This document shows, piece by piece, positions 62,932-64,000 of a DNA stretch of 64,000 nucleotides. Source of the stretch: Rhodocyclaceae bacterium (GTDB lineage Bacteria > Pseudomonadota > Gammaproteobacteria > Burkholderiales > Rhodocyclaceae). The notes below the pieces were generated by a model, which made no database searches, was not told where the DNA came from, and saw only the letters and a program-made list of their open reading frames with translations. The translations under genes and the position numbers were made by a program. Each line of letters opens with the position of its first letter. The first letter of the stretch is position 1. The stretch spans positions 295,825 through 359,824 of the forward strand of contig JAYRYZ010000001.1 of assembly GCA_041916775.1 (NCBI GenBank), given 5' to 3'.

Positions 62932-63747
62932 ATGGCAGGAATGCCCCATCGTCTGCGGTCTGGGTTCGCCACCGCGTTCATGGTCGCGGCGCTCGCAGGT
63001 GGCTGTGCGACGCTGCCGGGTGGCAGCATAGACGGCTCCGCGGTACGACCGCTCTCGGACATGCCGCCTTCGTCAGCGGCGCAGAATCGTGCAAAGATCA
63101 GCGTCGAACTCGGCATGGCCTACTTCGAGGTTGGCCGTTTCGATATTGCTCTCGACGAAGCGCGCGCGGCGTTGGGGCATGACGGCGGGTATGCGCCTGC
63201 ATACCATCTGATGGGGCTGGTCTATATGTACCTGAATGACCAGGCCGCCGCGCGGCAGAGCTTCGAGCGTGCCATTGCAGCAGCCCCCAACGACCCCGAA
63301 TTCAACAACAGCTACGGCTGGTTTCAGTGTGCGACGGGGCAGGAGCAGGACGGGCTGCAGCGCCTGGCCGCAGCGGCGCGCAATCCCTACTACCGCTTTC
63401 CTGCGCGCGCGTTGACCAATGCCGGGCTGTGTCAGCTGCGGCTGCGTGACGAAGCTGCGGCTGCCGAGCAGTTTCGGCGTGCCCTGATGCTGGATCCGGC
63501 CAACGAGCAGGCGAGCTACCAACTCGCGGCGATTGCCTATCGCGCCGGTGACCTCGATGGCGCGCGCAAGCGCGTTGCAGAGATGCACCGTGTGCGTGAG
63601 CCGTCTGCCGCGACACTTTGGCTCGCGCTGCTGATCGAACGCAGGGCGGGTAACACTATGGGTGAGGCGAACTATGCCTCGCAGTTGCGAAGTCGTTTTG
63701 CGGATAGCCCCGAGTACCAGGCATTGAGCGAGGGACGGTACGAGTGA
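62932..63747 (+). CDS. pilW: type IV pilus biogenesis/stability TPR lipoprotein PilW (PilF-like)
   Basis: signal peptide with lipobox LAGGC, TPR repeats; conserved rlmN-pilW-rodZ synteny; start ambiguous (GTG 62917 / ATG 62932 / ATG 62941). Confidence 0.7.
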   Translation: MAGMPHRLRSGFATAFMVAALAGGCATLPGGSIDGSAVRPLSDMPPSSAAQNRAKISVELGMAYFEVGRFDIALDEARAALGHDGGYAPAYHLMGLVYMYLNDQAAARQSFERAIAAAPNDPEFNNSYGWFQCATGQEQDGLQRLAAAARNPYYRFPARALTNAGLCQLRLRDEAAAAEQFRRALMLDPANEQASYQLAAIAYRAGDLDGARKRVAEMHRVREPSAATLWLALLIERRAGNTMGEANYASQLRSRFADSPEYQALSEGRYE

Positions 63748-63752
63748 GTGAG

Positions 63753-64000
63753 ATGAAGTACGAGCATGGCGACGGGGCGCACGTGGGCGTCGTATCGATA
63801 GGTGCGGCGCTCCGTCAGGCGCGCGAGGCGCGTGGCGAGTCGCTCGGCGACGTCGCGCATGCGCTGAAGCTCAACCCCCGCCAAGTGGAGGCAATCGAGC
63901 AGGAGCGCTTCGATCTCCTGCCGGGGAAGGCTTTTGTCCGCGGGTTCGTGCGCAACTACGCCCGTCATGTCGGACTGGATGCCGAACAACTCGTCGCCCA
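63753..64000 (+). CDS. rodZ: cytoskeleton protein RodZ (XRE-type HTH), N-terminal part (3' end outside window)
   Basis: MKYEHGDGAHVGVVSIGAALRQAREARGESLGDVAHALKLNPRQVEAIE... HTH_XRE at N-terminus; open to window end. Confidence 0.7.
   Translation, partial: MKYEHGDGAHVGVVSIGAALRQAREARGESLGDVAHALKLNPRQVEAIEQERFDLLPGKAFVRGFVRNYARHVGLDAEQLVA

Overview
This is a GC-rich chromosomal segment whose gene content and order look betaproteobacterial (Rhodocyclales-like, e.g. Azoarcus/Thauera/Aromatoleum); that placement is inferred from synteny only.

Core genes: rsmI (3' part), pyrC, a lipoprotein, the RNase P RNA gene rnpB and a complete dcw cluster on the plus strand (mraZ-rsmH-ftsL-ftsI-murE-murF-mraY-murD-ftsW-murG-murC-ddl-ftsQ-ftsA-ftsZ-lpxC) with many ATGA stop/start overlaps, followed by a small membrane ORF, a DUF721/DciA-like gene, secA and argJ. 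After the accessory block, core genes resume with apaG, purB, a small conserved ORF, secF-secD-yajC-tgt-queA, tRNA-Leu(CAA), a LysR regulator, a BI-1/YccA-family protein, accA, tilS, ndk, rlmN, pilW/pilF-like and the start of rodZ.

Between argJ and apaG lies a roughly 23 kb minus-strand accessory block with no transposase, integrase or CRISPR. It holds two candidate systems:
- A six-gene operon: a 138-aa conserved hypothetical (possibly YjfI/DUF2170-like), PspA/IM30, a 117-aa ORF, an NfeD-like protein, a long flotillin, and a 1764-aa protein with an AAA+ (MoxR/AAA_5-like) core. It is driven by a consensus sigma70 promoter embedded in a perfect 16-bp inverted repeat.
- A six-gene sensory locus: a CarH-like MerR/B12 regulator (Wx9EH motif), a CheB-CheR fusion interrupted by an in-frame TAG, a coiled-coil + PAS protein separated from it by another TAG, a PAS-GGDEF-EAL protein, a soluble 4xPAS hybrid histidine kinase with HPt, and a membrane HK-REC-REC-GGDEF protein. 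A C-terminal LysR fragment abuts the block boundary.

Regulatory details: candidate MraZ operator repeats phased 10 bp apart downstream of Pmra, a TATAAT box upstream of rnpB, and a perfect 17-bp hairpin between convergent genes upstream of secF.
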